The position numbers were made by a program, and so were the translations under genes. The notes beneath the pieces are model-generated. The model did not search any database and was not told the origin of the DNA. It saw only the letters and a list, made by a program, of their open reading frames with translations. From Candidatus Thorarchaeota archaeon (GTDB lineage Archaea; Asgardarchaeota; Thorarchaeia; Thorarchaeales; Thorarchaeaceae), in assembly GCA_029858305.1 (NCBI GenBank), contig JAOUFI010000001.1, positions 128,087 to 192,086 on the forward strand: 64,000 nt of DNA, written 5' to 3'. Position 1 is the first letter of the stretch, and every line of letters starts with the position of its first letter. Positions 29,123 to 38,728 of the stretch are shown in pieces.

Positions 29123-29770
29123 CTATCTTTTGACGCCCAGTAGACATCTGTGGTCAGTACTGTCAATATAGACCTCTAGTGGTTCGAATCTACCGAACAC
29201 CTCGCATAGTTCATCCTCAGTAAAATAGTGGTGAGGAATTCCACTCTCAGGTCCTGCCTGAGGGATATAGGTGCCATCCTCAACTTGATGAAGCTGCCAG
29301 TCACCATCTGGATTCATATGCTTTGGACTCAGAGAGGGGACTGTAATGAAAATTAGCCCTCTTGGTTTCAAAACACGTTCAATCTCAGATATGGTGAAAA
29401 GAATGTCTTTGAGAAGGTTGTGGTGAATCACCTGCACTGATATCACTGCATCAAACAACATGTCTTGGTATGGAAATGGACATTCCATTAGATGTTCTTT
29501 AACGGTGGCCGTATAGCCTTCTTCATCCAGCCATTTTCGAGCGAGTGTAATCGCATGAGGGGAAGAATCGAACCCATCCATTTGAAAACCCATTTTTGAT
29601 AAGTATACAAGATGCCGACCAGTACCGCAGCCTAAATCAAGAATTCGCTTGACACCATAATCTTTGAATAATTCTGCTAGATGCGCAATATCTGGATGAG
29701 GGTCAAGAAAGAAATATCCTTGTTCTTTGAAGATTTTTTCCCAACTAGGCATAGTGCTGTATGGATTCAA
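29123..29770 (-). CDS. Class I SAM-dependent methyltransferase.
   Basis: The motifs are ILDLGCGTGRHLVYL (motif I) and VLKPRGLIFITV. Confidence 0.75.
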   Translation of the reverse strand: MNPYSTMPSWEKIFKEQGYFFLDPHPDIAHLAELFKDYGVKRILDLGCGTGRHLVYLSKMGFQMDGFDSSPHAITLARKWLDEEGYTATVKEHLMECPFPYQDMLFDAVISVQVIHHNLLKDILFTISEIERVLKPRGLIFITVPSLSPKHMNPDGDWQLHQVEDGTYIPQAGPESGIPHHYFTEDELCEVFGRFEPLEVYIDSTDHRCLLGVKR

Positions 29771-29862
29771 GTCATGGTATATGAATACTATGAGTCATAG
29801 GGGAAAATAAAAGACCGGAATATTCATGGAATTCTTCATAAATTCGTGGAGTCCTTCCATTA

Positions 29863-31572
29863 ATGACAATTAGAAGAAGATACATAATACTGATTCTCGG
29901 TCTCATTATAATGGCCGCGGGGGTCGGTATGGCAGCATATACCCAGAATGGCTTTGGCACGGTAGCTGTCACTGAGGTTGATTTTCAAGCCGTAGATGGA
30001 TCTAATATTCATGCTACATTACAACGACCCACCTATGCTACAAGCACTAATACTCTTCCGGGAGTGGTTGTAATTCATGGAATAATGCAATCAAAAGAGT
30101 GGTTGATGGCCTTTGGGATTGAATTAGCAAGGCGAGGTTTTGTTGTTCTCACAATTGATGCCAATGGACATGGAAATTCAGATCCCGGTACTGGAAGCGG
30201 AGCAGCAGCACTAGATTACATAACCTCATTGGATTTTGTCGATAGTTCGCAGATAGGTTTGATTGGTCATAGTATGGGAGGAAGCATTTCTTGGAGCGCA
30301 ATAGCAGACTCAAGTGTTTACGTGCGCGCGTTAGTCCTAGTTGGGGCAGGCTTTAGTTCAAGTGCACCATACACTCCCAACACACTCATAGCAGTTGGCA
30401 GTTTTGACTCGCTGTCAAGCTATCCCAGTAACTTCACAAAACTTGACCCGTACTTCAATGTGACTGGTGTTGTTCCAAATACAACATACGGTAATTTTAC
30501 TGATAATACTGCACGGAGAGCGATTTTTCCTCCAACAAATCATCTCTTTGAAACGATAGATCCCACTATTGTGAGTGAGAGTGTCGATTGGATGAGGATG
30601 AGCCTGAAGGGTGGTGTTGAAGATATACACTGGATAGATAGTACGCACCAGATATTTTCAGTATGGTTGATTGGTGGTCTTTTTGCATTACTTGGCGCCT
30701 TGCTAACTCTCTTCCCGTTCATCGTAATGTTGTTGAGTTTACCCATATTTGTGAGTCTGAGAAAGACTCCACCACAAGATAATACAGGAAGCATGGGTTC
30801 AATTTTGAAATATGGAACACTCTATGGATTAATTGGCATCATTACATTCTTTCCTTTCCTTATCATTGGATCCCTTTTGCAGGCAGTAACTCATTTTCCA
30901 GTATCTAATGGACTGCCTGTTATGGCTTGGATGATTGGAAGTGGACTTGTTGCGGCTGGAGCACTTCATATAATTCTTAAACGGAAACCCGACCTGCATC
31001 TTAGTGTTCGATTATTGCTCAAATCTGGGGGTGAGAAGGCTGTACCGACTCTTCTCAGAACCCTTGCATTGACAATTGTTGTATTTCTCTGGCTGTATGG
31101 ATTGACTCTGCTAGTGGATCTCGGTCTTGCATTGGACTTGAGAAGTTTCCTTCCTGGACTTAACGACCTAACACTTTTGCAAGCAGCGTTTGTCCCCCTG
31201 TATTTTCTCGCATTTCTTGTATACACCTTAGTAGAGGGAGCTTGGTTTACCAGTATCTTGCTGCCAAAAAGCTCCGGATCATGGTTGAGAGTACAACTAG
31301 AGTGGTCAGCAATGGCAGTTTTTATCAAATGCCTTCCCTATCTAATTCTAATTGCATTTGAGTTCGTTGGAGGCCTGATACTCGGCGCGCCGATCCTTCC
31401 AAGTATGATTGGCTTTTCCTGGTTGTTCTTCTACGCTTTTACTCCATGGTTCGCAGTATGTATAGTGATTACCTTGTTCACATATCGCGGCACTGGTAGT
31501 AGATGGCTTGGGGCTATAATCAACGCAATCTTATGTGCATGGTTGTTGGCGACAATTTTACCCTATTTTTGA
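29863..31572 (+). CDS. Fusion protein: an N-terminal alpha/beta-hydrolase domain (GHSMGG nucleophile elbow) joined to a C-terminal polytopic membrane domain of about 8 TM segments.
   Basis: The N-terminus has a signal-anchor. HGIMQSKEW...GHSMGG is typical of the a/b-hydrolase fold. Residues 250-569 are strongly hydrophobic helices. Confidence 0.6.
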   Translation: MTIRRRYIILILGLIIMAAGVGMAAYTQNGFGTVAVTEVDFQAVDGSNIHATLQRPTYATSTNTLPGVVVIHGIMQSKEWLMAFGIELARRGFVVLTIDANGHGNSDPGTGSGAAALDYITSLDFVDSSQIGLIGHSMGGSISWSAIADSSVYVRALVLVGAGFSSSAPYTPNTLIAVGSFDSLSSYPSNFTKLDPYFNVTGVVPNTTYGNFTDNTARRAIFPPTNHLFETIDPTIVSESVDWMRMSLKGGVEDIHWIDSTHQIFSVWLIGGLFALLGALLTLFPFIVMLLSLPIFVSLRKTPPQDNTGSMGSILKYGTLYGLIGIITFFPFLIIGSLLQAVTHFPVSNGLPVMAWMIGSGLVAAGALHIILKRKPDLHLSVRLLLKSGGEKAVPTLLRTLALTIVVFLWLYGLTLLVDLGLALDLRSFLPGLNDLTLLQAAFVPLYFLAFLVYTLVEGAWFTSILLPKSSGSWLRVQLEWSAMAVFIKCLPYLILIAFEFVGGLILGAPILPSMIGFSWLFFYAFTPWFAVCIVITLFTYRGTGSRWLGAIINAILCAWLLATILPYF

Positions 31573-31611
31573 TAGCTGGAACTTAGTATAACGGGCTCTT
31601 TGGAGCCCGTA

Positions 31612-32517
31612 CTATTTTGTCGGATGGGTATACAACCACTCAAGAAGACCTGTACCAGTTGAACCCAGCTCTTTGCACTTATGAGTGGCCATTCCTTCAT
31701 AGAGCTCAGTCGAGCCTCCCGAAAATTCTCGAGCAAATCGAACAAAACTTGTAGAAGTGATTAATTGAGACTTAAGACTGTAGACCGTATCATCCAATCC
31801 AATGATTCGTACCTTAGCACCAATAGGCATTCCAGACTTGTGAGTTTCTGTAGCAAGCTCGACATTCTTGATTGGTATGTGGCCTTCAACCGTGCTAATT
31901 CCTCCAGATGATTGTGCCACACCCTTGACCACATCACGTCGGAGTCCTATGGAGAGATTGTCAAATTGTGCATGTAGTGCAAACCAACTCTCAATATGCC
32001 AGTCTCTGGCGCCCCAGCTCTTATCTCGTTCCCCGAGCCCTTGTATTCTCACAACTCGACCATCAGAGAACTCGATAGTACCATGAGGCGCTCCAGACTG
32101 TTCAAAGTGCCCGTGCCAAGATGTTCCACTGCCACTTCCAAAGTCATACGCGGTAAATCTTGTAGGCCAGACTATATTGACACTGAGATTTTTGCCCCTA
32201 TATTCAATACGCCATTCTTTCAACGGTGTGACTAATTCGTACGATAAGATTCCGTCAGTCAACGATTTGGACAGGTCAGCAGAGAATGAACCACTTGGTT
32301 CGTTGAAGTGGACTTCGCGTTCTTGTTCATAGAAGAGAGCAAACACAAACTCCCGTTTCTTCCTATTCGGAAGTAGACCAATAGTCGAGAATCCTGACAT
32401 TCCCGAGTCAATGTCCACCCAATTGAAGTAATAGCTCTCGCGCCAATCAGGATTTTCGTCTGCCTCATGTGCATATTCGTCAATCTCAGTTAGCGTACTC
32501 GTTCCTTTCAATTGCAT
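31612..32517 (-). CDS. Hypothetical protein of 301 aa.
   Basis: A long ORF. No confident domain assignment was possible. Confidence 0.45.
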   Translation of the reverse strand: MQLKGTSTLTEIDEYAHEADENPDWRESYYFNWVDIDSGMSGFSTIGLLPNRKKREFVFALFYEQEREVHFNEPSGSFSADLSKSLTDGILSYELVTPLKEWRIEYRGKNLSVNIVWPTRFTAYDFGSGSGTSWHGHFEQSGAPHGTIEFSDGRVVRIQGLGERDKSWGARDWHIESWFALHAQFDNLSIGLRRDVVKGVAQSSGGISTVEGHIPIKNVELATETHKSGMPIGAKVRIIGLDDTVYSLKSQLITSTSFVRFAREFSGGSTELYEGMATHKCKELGSTGTGLLEWLYTHPTK

Positions 32518-32523
32518 TCGCTC

Positions 32524-33780
32524 CTATTCGGGGAGAAGATAGAGAGTTGGATCCTCTTCCATTTCATCATCGAATCGGCCAAACCGAATGAAAGCAGGAT
32601 CTGCGTCATTATCCATAAAGAAGGGTACATGTTCATCTATGACTGATTGAGAGAGGTTCCAATCTATTTTGTCAGTGATTCCAACTTGATTTGTATAACG
32701 AGCATAACCTCTCCAATAGGCTTGAGCTCCAGCGAGCATGAGTGTTCTCTTGTCCCATTCTGCAAATTTCAGGTATAACTCAGTCTGTGCTGCATCTGCA
32801 GCCTCAGCATATGCAGAGAGCTCATCTAAACCAAGAGGCACAATCTTCAAACCATGTTTTGTGTATGCACAAGCTCTAGAAGCAAATCTGGAATAATCAC
32901 CAGGTTCAACAGTTACAGTACCTACGTCATTGAAGAAGGTTGTACAGTCCTTCAGAGTCATAGCGATACCCAAAGAGGCTGAAGGAAGTTTGGATTCTGT
33001 ATCAGACCATGGTAACCATAGATTTTCCTTTCCATCATGGAGGTGGGTATATTCCGAGATAATCATAATCTCATTATTATCCACGGGGTAAGGACCATGA
33101 TCGATTATTTTTGCACGAGCTTCACATTCATCCATGAATGCATAGAGATCAACTGCGCCAATATGACGTCGGATTTTCCGTACCTGTTCCTCAGTCACAG
33201 GCTCAAGGTGATTCTTAAGCCAATCGATACTGTCATCGCCGAGAGCTAGATTCACTCCCCCTGATAAGGCGACTGTTGGTTTTCCAGTATTGAAATAGTT
33301 AATACCCAAGTTGTACCACTTTTCAAGCATCCATTTCCACTGTTCCTGACGCTCAAATGGTTCTTTCGATGGGTCGCTCTCATACTTGTTGAAAATAACA
33401 CCCATCCTCGCAAGGCTGTAGTAAAGCCAGAGGTAAGTTATTGATAATGCATGAATCTCAGAAAGCAGTGTTTTACTTTTCTTTGCAAGCTCCTTAGGCG
33501 TAATTTTGCCCCATACTTGCGTCATTACATCATAGAGATGTTCGTAGGTCTGGTAAAAACTGACACTGATATACTCGTTTACAGGAAATAACTTCGATTC
33601 CAGAAGCCCACGTTCTGCAAGAATGTCAGAGAAGACTTGAGAAAGATGAGCTAATTGTTGATTGATTTCACTAGTTTCCAAGTGATTCATCTCCGAAAAG
33701 GTGTGTGCACATTGAAATATTGGAGCTAAAACTGCTAGTATTAAGTCGTTCGAAACCATAAGCAGTCTTATAATGGACAA
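32524..33780 (-). CDS. Hypothetical protein of 418 aa.
   Basis: A long ORF. No confident assignment was possible. Confidence 0.45.
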   Translation of the reverse strand: MSIIRLLMVSNDLILAVLAPIFQCAHTFSEMNHLETSEINQQLAHLSQVFSDILAERGLLESKLFPVNEYISVSFYQTYEHLYDVMTQVWGKITPKELAKKSKTLLSEIHALSITYLWLYYSLARMGVIFNKYESDPSKEPFERQEQWKWMLEKWYNLGINYFNTGKPTVALSGGVNLALGDDSIDWLKNHLEPVTEEQVRKIRRHIGAVDLYAFMDECEARAKIIDHGPYPVDNNEIMIISEYTHLHDGKENLWLPWSDTESKLPSASLGIAMTLKDCTTFFNDVGTVTVEPGDYSRFASRACAYTKHGLKIVPLGLDELSAYAEAADAAQTELYLKFAEWDKRTLMLAGAQAYWRGYARYTNQVGITDKIDWNLSQSVIDEHVPFFMDNDADPAFIRFGRFDDEMEEDPTLYLLPE

Positions 33781-33821
33781 AACATTTCAGAAGTGAAAAC
33801 CTCTCTGGTGGCAGATTCTGA

Positions 33822-34172
33822 TTGAAACGAGTTGGAAACGGACTTATTTCATTGAAGCTCAATGCAGAAGGTGAGCTTAGGTATATTACCTCTGTCCAGG
33901 AGGTCGTCAAACTTTTGAAGGAAGGTCCTAATGGAAAAATTGCGTTGGTGGATGACGCAGGGACCACATTTCTTGCACCTGTTCTATCAAAACTTGCGGG
34001 GGTTGTTTGCAGGTCTGGAGCGTTAGGATCTCACCTAGCTATTGTCACTCGCGAGTTTGAGATACCTGCATTGATGGGAGTGCAGATTGAGAATCCACAG
34101 GAAATCCATGGCAAACATGCAGTTATTGAGCCTGAGGATGGAACCTCAGGAGCCCTCTATATAAGAGAATAG
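33822..34172 (+). CDS. PEP-utilizing enzyme mobile (phosphohistidine swivel) domain protein, stand-alone.
   Basis: The sequence ALVDDAGTTFLAPVLSKLAGVVCRSGALGSHLAIVTREFEIPALMGV resembles the conserved His-domain of PpsA/PPDK/PtsI, with GSHLAIV expected to be the catalytic-His region. Confidence 0.7.
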   Translation: MKRVGNGLISLKLNAEGELRYITSVQEVVKLLKEGPNGKIALVDDAGTTFLAPVLSKLAGVVCRSGALGSHLAIVTREFEIPALMGVQIENPQEIHGKHAVIEPEDGTSGALYIRE

Positions 34173-34187
34173 TTGGAAGTTACATAA

Positions 34188-35180
34188 GTGCGCGCTAACA
34201 GGATTCCTTTGGTTCAACCTCTAGACACGATTAGGCCAGAGGATATTGAAACTCATGGTGGAAAGGCAACAAACATCGCTCGTCTGAAGCTTGCAGGATT
34301 TTGCGTACCAAGGGGATTCTCGATCTCTAGCCTCAGTTTCAATCGTATCAGAAAGAGTCTTCCAGAAATCAACAAGTTTCTTGATAGACTCGAAGACGAA
34401 GAAGACTTTGAAGAAATACTCAATCTTGCAGAAAAGCTGCAAACTCTGGTGAATTCGTACCAAATACCAGAAGATCTGAAATCAGAGATATCGCAAGAGT
34501 TCCAACGGTTGCAAGAACAACAGATTGGTTCTGTATGGGGATATGCTGTTCGCTCCTCGGCAACTATTGAGGATAGAAATGATATTTCATTTGCAGGTCA
34601 AGCAAATAGCTACCTATGTGTAAAAGAAATTTCAAACATATTTGATGCTGTTAAGCAGGTCTGGAAATCTGTCTATTCGCCTAGCGCGTTGATATATCTA
34701 AAGAATAAAGGAGTACCAATAAATCTGGTCAAAATGGCCATAGTAGTTCAGGAAATGATACCTGCTATTGTATCAGGCGTAATGTTCACCGCCAATGTAG
34801 TGAGTAACAACAGAAAGGAGATGCTAATTAATGCAACTTGGGGCTTGGGAGAAACATTGGTGTCGGGACGAGTCATTCCTGATACGTTTATTCTGTCAAA
34901 GAATCCACTGAGTATCATACAAAAAGAGATGGGAGCCAAAGAGATTACTAGCATTGTTGTTGCTTCAGAAGGAGATGCTAAAACGAATACACATACCACA
35001 CCAAGAGAAAAATGTGAGAAATATACTCTAGAGAATCATGAATTATTAAGAGTAGCACAACTAGGCATAGAGATAGAGAAGCAAATGGGATCACCCCAAG
35101 ACATTGAATGGTGCATCAGGACAGATGGTGAAATCGTGATTCTTCAATCACGACCGATAACTTCTCTCAGAATCCCCTAA
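34188..35180 (+). CDS. Pyruvate phosphate dikinase / PEP synthase N-terminal nucleotide-binding (PPDK_N, ATP-grasp-like) domain protein, stand-alone.
   Basis: The sequences GGKATNIARLKLAGFCVPRGFSIS and ...AVRSSATIEDRNDISFAGQANSYL... are a typical PPDK_N signature. There is no C-terminal PEP/pyruvate TIM-barrel domain. Confidence 0.7.
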   Translation: MRANRIPLVQPLDTIRPEDIETHGGKATNIARLKLAGFCVPRGFSISSLSFNRIRKSLPEINKFLDRLEDEEDFEEILNLAEKLQTLVNSYQIPEDLKSEISQEFQRLQEQQIGSVWGYAVRSSATIEDRNDISFAGQANSYLCVKEISNIFDAVKQVWKSVYSPSALIYLKNKGVPINLVKMAIVVQEMIPAIVSGVMFTANVVSNNRKEMLINATWGLGETLVSGRVIPDTFILSKNPLSIIQKEMGAKEITSIVVASEGDAKTNTHTTPREKCEKYTLENHELLRVAQLGIEIEKQMGSPQDIEWCIRTDGEIVILQSRPITSLRIP

Positions 35181-35505
35181 TTATTGCTAGCGAGTCGCCA
35201 GGCTTGACTGTTATTGCCTTCTCTGGGCAGACCTCCACACATTTCATACATCCAGTACATTTAGAGAGCCAAATTGCATCGACCCGCCAAATCTCTGGAT
35301 TATGTGGGTCTGGGTGTTTTTCCAGCGTAGGATGCATTAGAAACACAGCTGGATCGCAAACAAAGAGGCATTTCCTGCACTCACGAGGGTCCGTGCTAGC
35401 TCCTGTGTGACACTTTGAATAGTCCAACTTGATGCTTGTTTTTTTAGTCATCTTGTACACCTCAGTATTTTCCAGCTTGTCCTGGAATCGACTCTCGTGG
35501 GACAA
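35167..35505 (-). CDS. 4Fe-4S ferredoxin-type dicluster domain protein.
   Basis: Cys clusters are CRKCLFVCDP and CTGCMKCVEVCPEKA. Confidence 0.65.
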   Translation of the reverse strand: MSHESRFQDKLENTEVYKMTKKTSIKLDYSKCHTGASTDPRECRKCLFVCDPAVFLMHPTLEKHPDPHNPEIWRVDAIWLSKCTGCMKCVEVCPEKAITVKPGDSLAIIRGF

Positions 35506-36331
35506 GATTCAGTGCATCATGCTTGCATGCATGTCGACAGACACCACATCCAAAGCACTTGTCCAAATCCACAATTACGCGTTTCACCGACGGGAGGTAT
35601 CGAAGTGCATTGAATTGACACATCCTGACGCAAGACTTGCAGCCTTCGCATTTATCGATATCAATGTCAATGAGATACTCCCCTTTGTAAACTGTCTTCA
35701 AATTGAAGTCATTTCTTAGTCTGAGACCACCACACTCAGGGCTTTCACAAGAGCAAATAGCATTGATGTAGGGTACCGGTTGGAACCAGACAGATGCAAC
35801 ATAGCCCTTCTCATTCTGTTCCTGAAGAGCTTGGATTGCTTCTTCGCGATCGAGTCTGTATTTGACTCCCTCAGGGATGTATCTTGTATGTTTCTCAATG
35901 ACCTCTGATAACTGGCCAAAATTGATACAAACTGCATCCTTCACACCCCTTTGCATCCACCTACAAACACAGTAATTCTTGATAATGGGTTCAGCCGCGA
36001 GATTCCCCATGATATGTTGAGCATCTTCGAGAGGGAGCACCTGGCCGAAATGACCATCAGCTCGAACAGGATTTCTATTCTCCTTCTCACTGTGTATCTG
36101 TCCCTCAACCACTTTACGAATTAATCGTCCTATGATTGGCATCTGCATTTTATAACCGAGACCAATGGAGTTGAATCCCATAATCTTTCGAATGAAGAGG
36201 GTTTCCATGTTCTTCCACTGCTCTTCCAGATATTCGCCAGCATTGTACTCATCAGCCAACTCATTTCGATACAACCTGGCATTATTGTACCACTTTCCAC
36301 CATCGCCGTGTTTGAAACACCATTCGCACAT
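35462..36331 (-). CDS. Fe-S cluster protein with two 4Fe-4S dicluster-type Cys motifs at its C-terminus.
   Basis: Cys clusters are CEGCKSCVRMCQFNAL and CFGCGVCRHACKHDAL. The N-terminal 200 aa are unassigned. Confidence 0.6.
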   Translation of the reverse strand: MCEWCFKHGDGGKWYNNARLYRNELADEYNAGEYLEEQWKNMETLFIRKIMGFNSIGLGYKMQMPIIGRLIRKVVEGQIHSEKENRNPVRADGHFGQVLPLEDAQHIMGNLAAEPIIKNYCVCRWMQRGVKDAVCINFGQLSEVIEKHTRYIPEGVKYRLDREEAIQALQEQNEKGYVASVWFQPVPYINAICSCESPECGGLRLRNDFNLKTVYKGEYLIDIDIDKCEGCKSCVRMCQFNALRYLPSVKRVIVDLDKCFGCGVCRHACKHDALNLVPRESIPGQAGKY

Positions 36332-36613
36332 ACATATCGCCTGCAGAGTCTAAGTACTTGTTGTTTGATATTCTCCGAAATCAAATGCAATATTTAAGAC
36401 TCCCGACCAAATAATGAGAAGTCGTGGCGGGGATGAATGCCTCTCAATCCATGATTATTCTCCGCTATCGCATGTACTGAGATTCTTTTTTTGATATGAT
36501 ACATGTGTACATTCAGTGGAGTAGAATGAATGGAGAAACTGGAGGATTGAATAATACTAGTAATCCTTTTCACACTCAATAGAGTCTAAAGAAAATTATA
36601 GAGGAGTGCCCAT

Positions 36614-38710
36614 ATGATTCGACTGATTGGTATCCTGACCACCGGCGGCGTTCCTATTAAAGTCAAGAGCGCTATGGATGCAGACGGTCAGATGATAATC
36701 GGTCCTTTAATAGAAGCTGCTAAAGCACTTAGTAATGTAATCGGTAGTGGAGAGGTCAGGAAACTCGGCTTTAGAGAGAATACTCTAATTGTGACCGAGT
36801 GTAAAAAGGGATACACCATTGTTGCACTTGTGAGCAAGGCGGAGGACTACATGGACAGTCTCCTTCGTGTGATAGCTGATGCAATTGATGATTCTGACTT
36901 AGCAACCGCAGATGGATCTGTAAATGACAGTCATGAAAGAATAATTGATCAGATTATTCATACTTATACCAGAGAGCATGTAGAAACTGGATTCCTTGAG
37001 ATACTGCCTAGTGTCTGGAATCCAATTCTAAGCGCATTAAAACAAAGCGAGAAACTTTCAGTATCACTTCAGGAGGTAGAAGCACTCCTAAGCAAGGAGG
37101 AATCTGTTACAGGATGGAATAAACTCAAAGCAGGAGTAAACGGGACTTTAAAGGACGCACTTCTATTTGCGCTCCAAGGAGAGTTTGATCGAGCATGCGC
37201 AATGGCAATGAACGTAGAGGGAGCGTTGGCTGGTGTGTTCTGCATTAAGATGGGGGCCTTGACTCACACAATGACGAAGGTAATTTCGCCACCCCTAACA
37301 GAGCTGAAACAAATTGCTGCCGCTCTTCCAGAAGACTATCCCTTCACGGATTTTGCCCGATCATTAGTGAGTTTTACTGCAGGGGAACTCATCCCGGCGG
37401 ACTATTCGCGAGTTTTTAGAGAAACAGTAAATCGATTTGAATTCAAAGACGATGAAGAGCATCTTCTACTGGGTTTTATGTTTCTTGATGCTCGAGTTGT
37501 TGACTACCAGAAATTTGCACAGAAATTACTCAATCTGTACAGAGAGAAATCAGAGGTGTTTTGTTCATATATTGAATCAATCGACGAGAGAGGAAAATTA
37601 TTCGAAAAACTCTATTCAATTACCAACTACGGTGCGTTCCGTGATGAACTAGGGATGTACAAATCACGAATTACAAGTATCCTTGGAAACATAAACTGGG
37701 TTCTTGATTCAGATCTATTGTGGGAGCTGAAAAAAGAGGGTAAAGGGATTGAGATTGGAGTTACGGCTTCTTTGAAGCTCCAGAATTATATTGCAATTCT
37801 GACTGCCTTAGCTGAATCACCCGTACTCACAATTGGCGAACGGAGAGAAGTGCTTGAGGAGGTTCTCATGTTATATCGAGACTACTTCAGAGATCTAATG
37901 ATGGTCGAAGTGCCTCTCTTTAGCTACACCTTGGATAGTGTCTTCCAAAGTCTAAGCGTGGCCAATGCAGAATACTACTTCCTGACAACTGGTGAAAGTC
38001 GTAAACAACATTTAGACCAATCAATAGATTTCCTCTCAGATATCTATCATACAATAGAAGAAGAATGGCCGAAGTCACAGGTACGATTCTCGTTGTTTGT
38101 TGTAGGGAACGCTCTAAGTCCAGTTTTTACAAGAGCAGACATATTATCGGATGAAGAAGTACGGTTAGTATACTTGGCAATGAAACTACTAGATGTTAAT
38201 ACCATTGATGCAATACAGATAACAAAACCAGAAGCCTACGCGACAAATCTTGGAAACACGATAACAACGTTGGCTGCACTAGCTGCACGACTCCTTGAAA
38301 CTGAGGAACGAACAGTGGTTCTAAAGAGATGCGTAGAAATTATTCTTGACACTCAAGAGTGGTTCATTTCTCGAGGTGTAATATGTCGCGATGATATAAT
38401 GTCTGCAAGTTTCCACTCCTCACTGGTCACTGCGACTCTAGAAGGCGATGAGTTAGAACGTATTGTAAATAGGGTGATTGCCCTCAATCGTATAGCAATT
38501 CAAGACCCTGTCAAGTATGATTATGAAGTTGCAATGATTTCAAGTCCATACATAGGAATACTGATTGATGCCTGTAATCGTTTGAGCAATAAGAAATACT
38601 TACAACTTGCAAGGGACTCATTTGACTCAGCATACCGAGCTTGGATCAAGTATGGCTTTCCAGAGAAAGCAGTGAATTTTAAGAAAAAATACGGAAATAT
38701 TGCGTGTTAA
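36614..38710 (+). CDS. Large 698-aa protein with an N-terminal Roadblock/LC7 (MglB/longin-like) domain and a long, mostly alpha-helical C-terminal region of unknown function.
   Basis: The first roughly 100 aa (LIGILTTGGVPIKVKSAMDADGQMIIGPLIEAAKALSNVIGSGEVRKLGFRENTLIVTECKKGYTIVALVSKAEDYMDSLLRVIADAI) fit the Robl_LC7 pattern. The remainder has no recognised domain. Confidence 0.55.
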   Translation: MIRLIGILTTGGVPIKVKSAMDADGQMIIGPLIEAAKALSNVIGSGEVRKLGFRENTLIVTECKKGYTIVALVSKAEDYMDSLLRVIADAIDDSDLATADGSVNDSHERIIDQIIHTYTREHVETGFLEILPSVWNPILSALKQSEKLSVSLQEVEALLSKEESVTGWNKLKAGVNGTLKDALLFALQGEFDRACAMAMNVEGALAGVFCIKMGALTHTMTKVISPPLTELKQIAAALPEDYPFTDFARSLVSFTAGELIPADYSRVFRETVNRFEFKDDEEHLLLGFMFLDARVVDYQKFAQKLLNLYREKSEVFCSYIESIDERGKLFEKLYSITNYGAFRDELGMYKSRITSILGNINWVLDSDLLWELKKEGKGIEIGVTASLKLQNYIAILTALAESPVLTIGERREVLEEVLMLYRDYFRDLMMVEVPLFSYTLDSVFQSLSVANAEYYFLTTGESRKQHLDQSIDFLSDIYHTIEEEWPKSQVRFSLFVVGNALSPVFTRADILSDEEVRLVYLAMKLLDVNTIDAIQITKPEAYATNLGNTITTLAALAARLLETEERTVVLKRCVEIILDTQEWFISRGVICRDDIMSASFHSSLVTATLEGDELERIVNRVIALNRIAIQDPVKYDYEVAMISSPYIGILIDACNRLSNKKYLQLARDSFDSAYRAWIKYGFPEKAVNFKKKYGNIAC

Positions 38711-38728
38711 ATTTCAATATGAGAGTGG

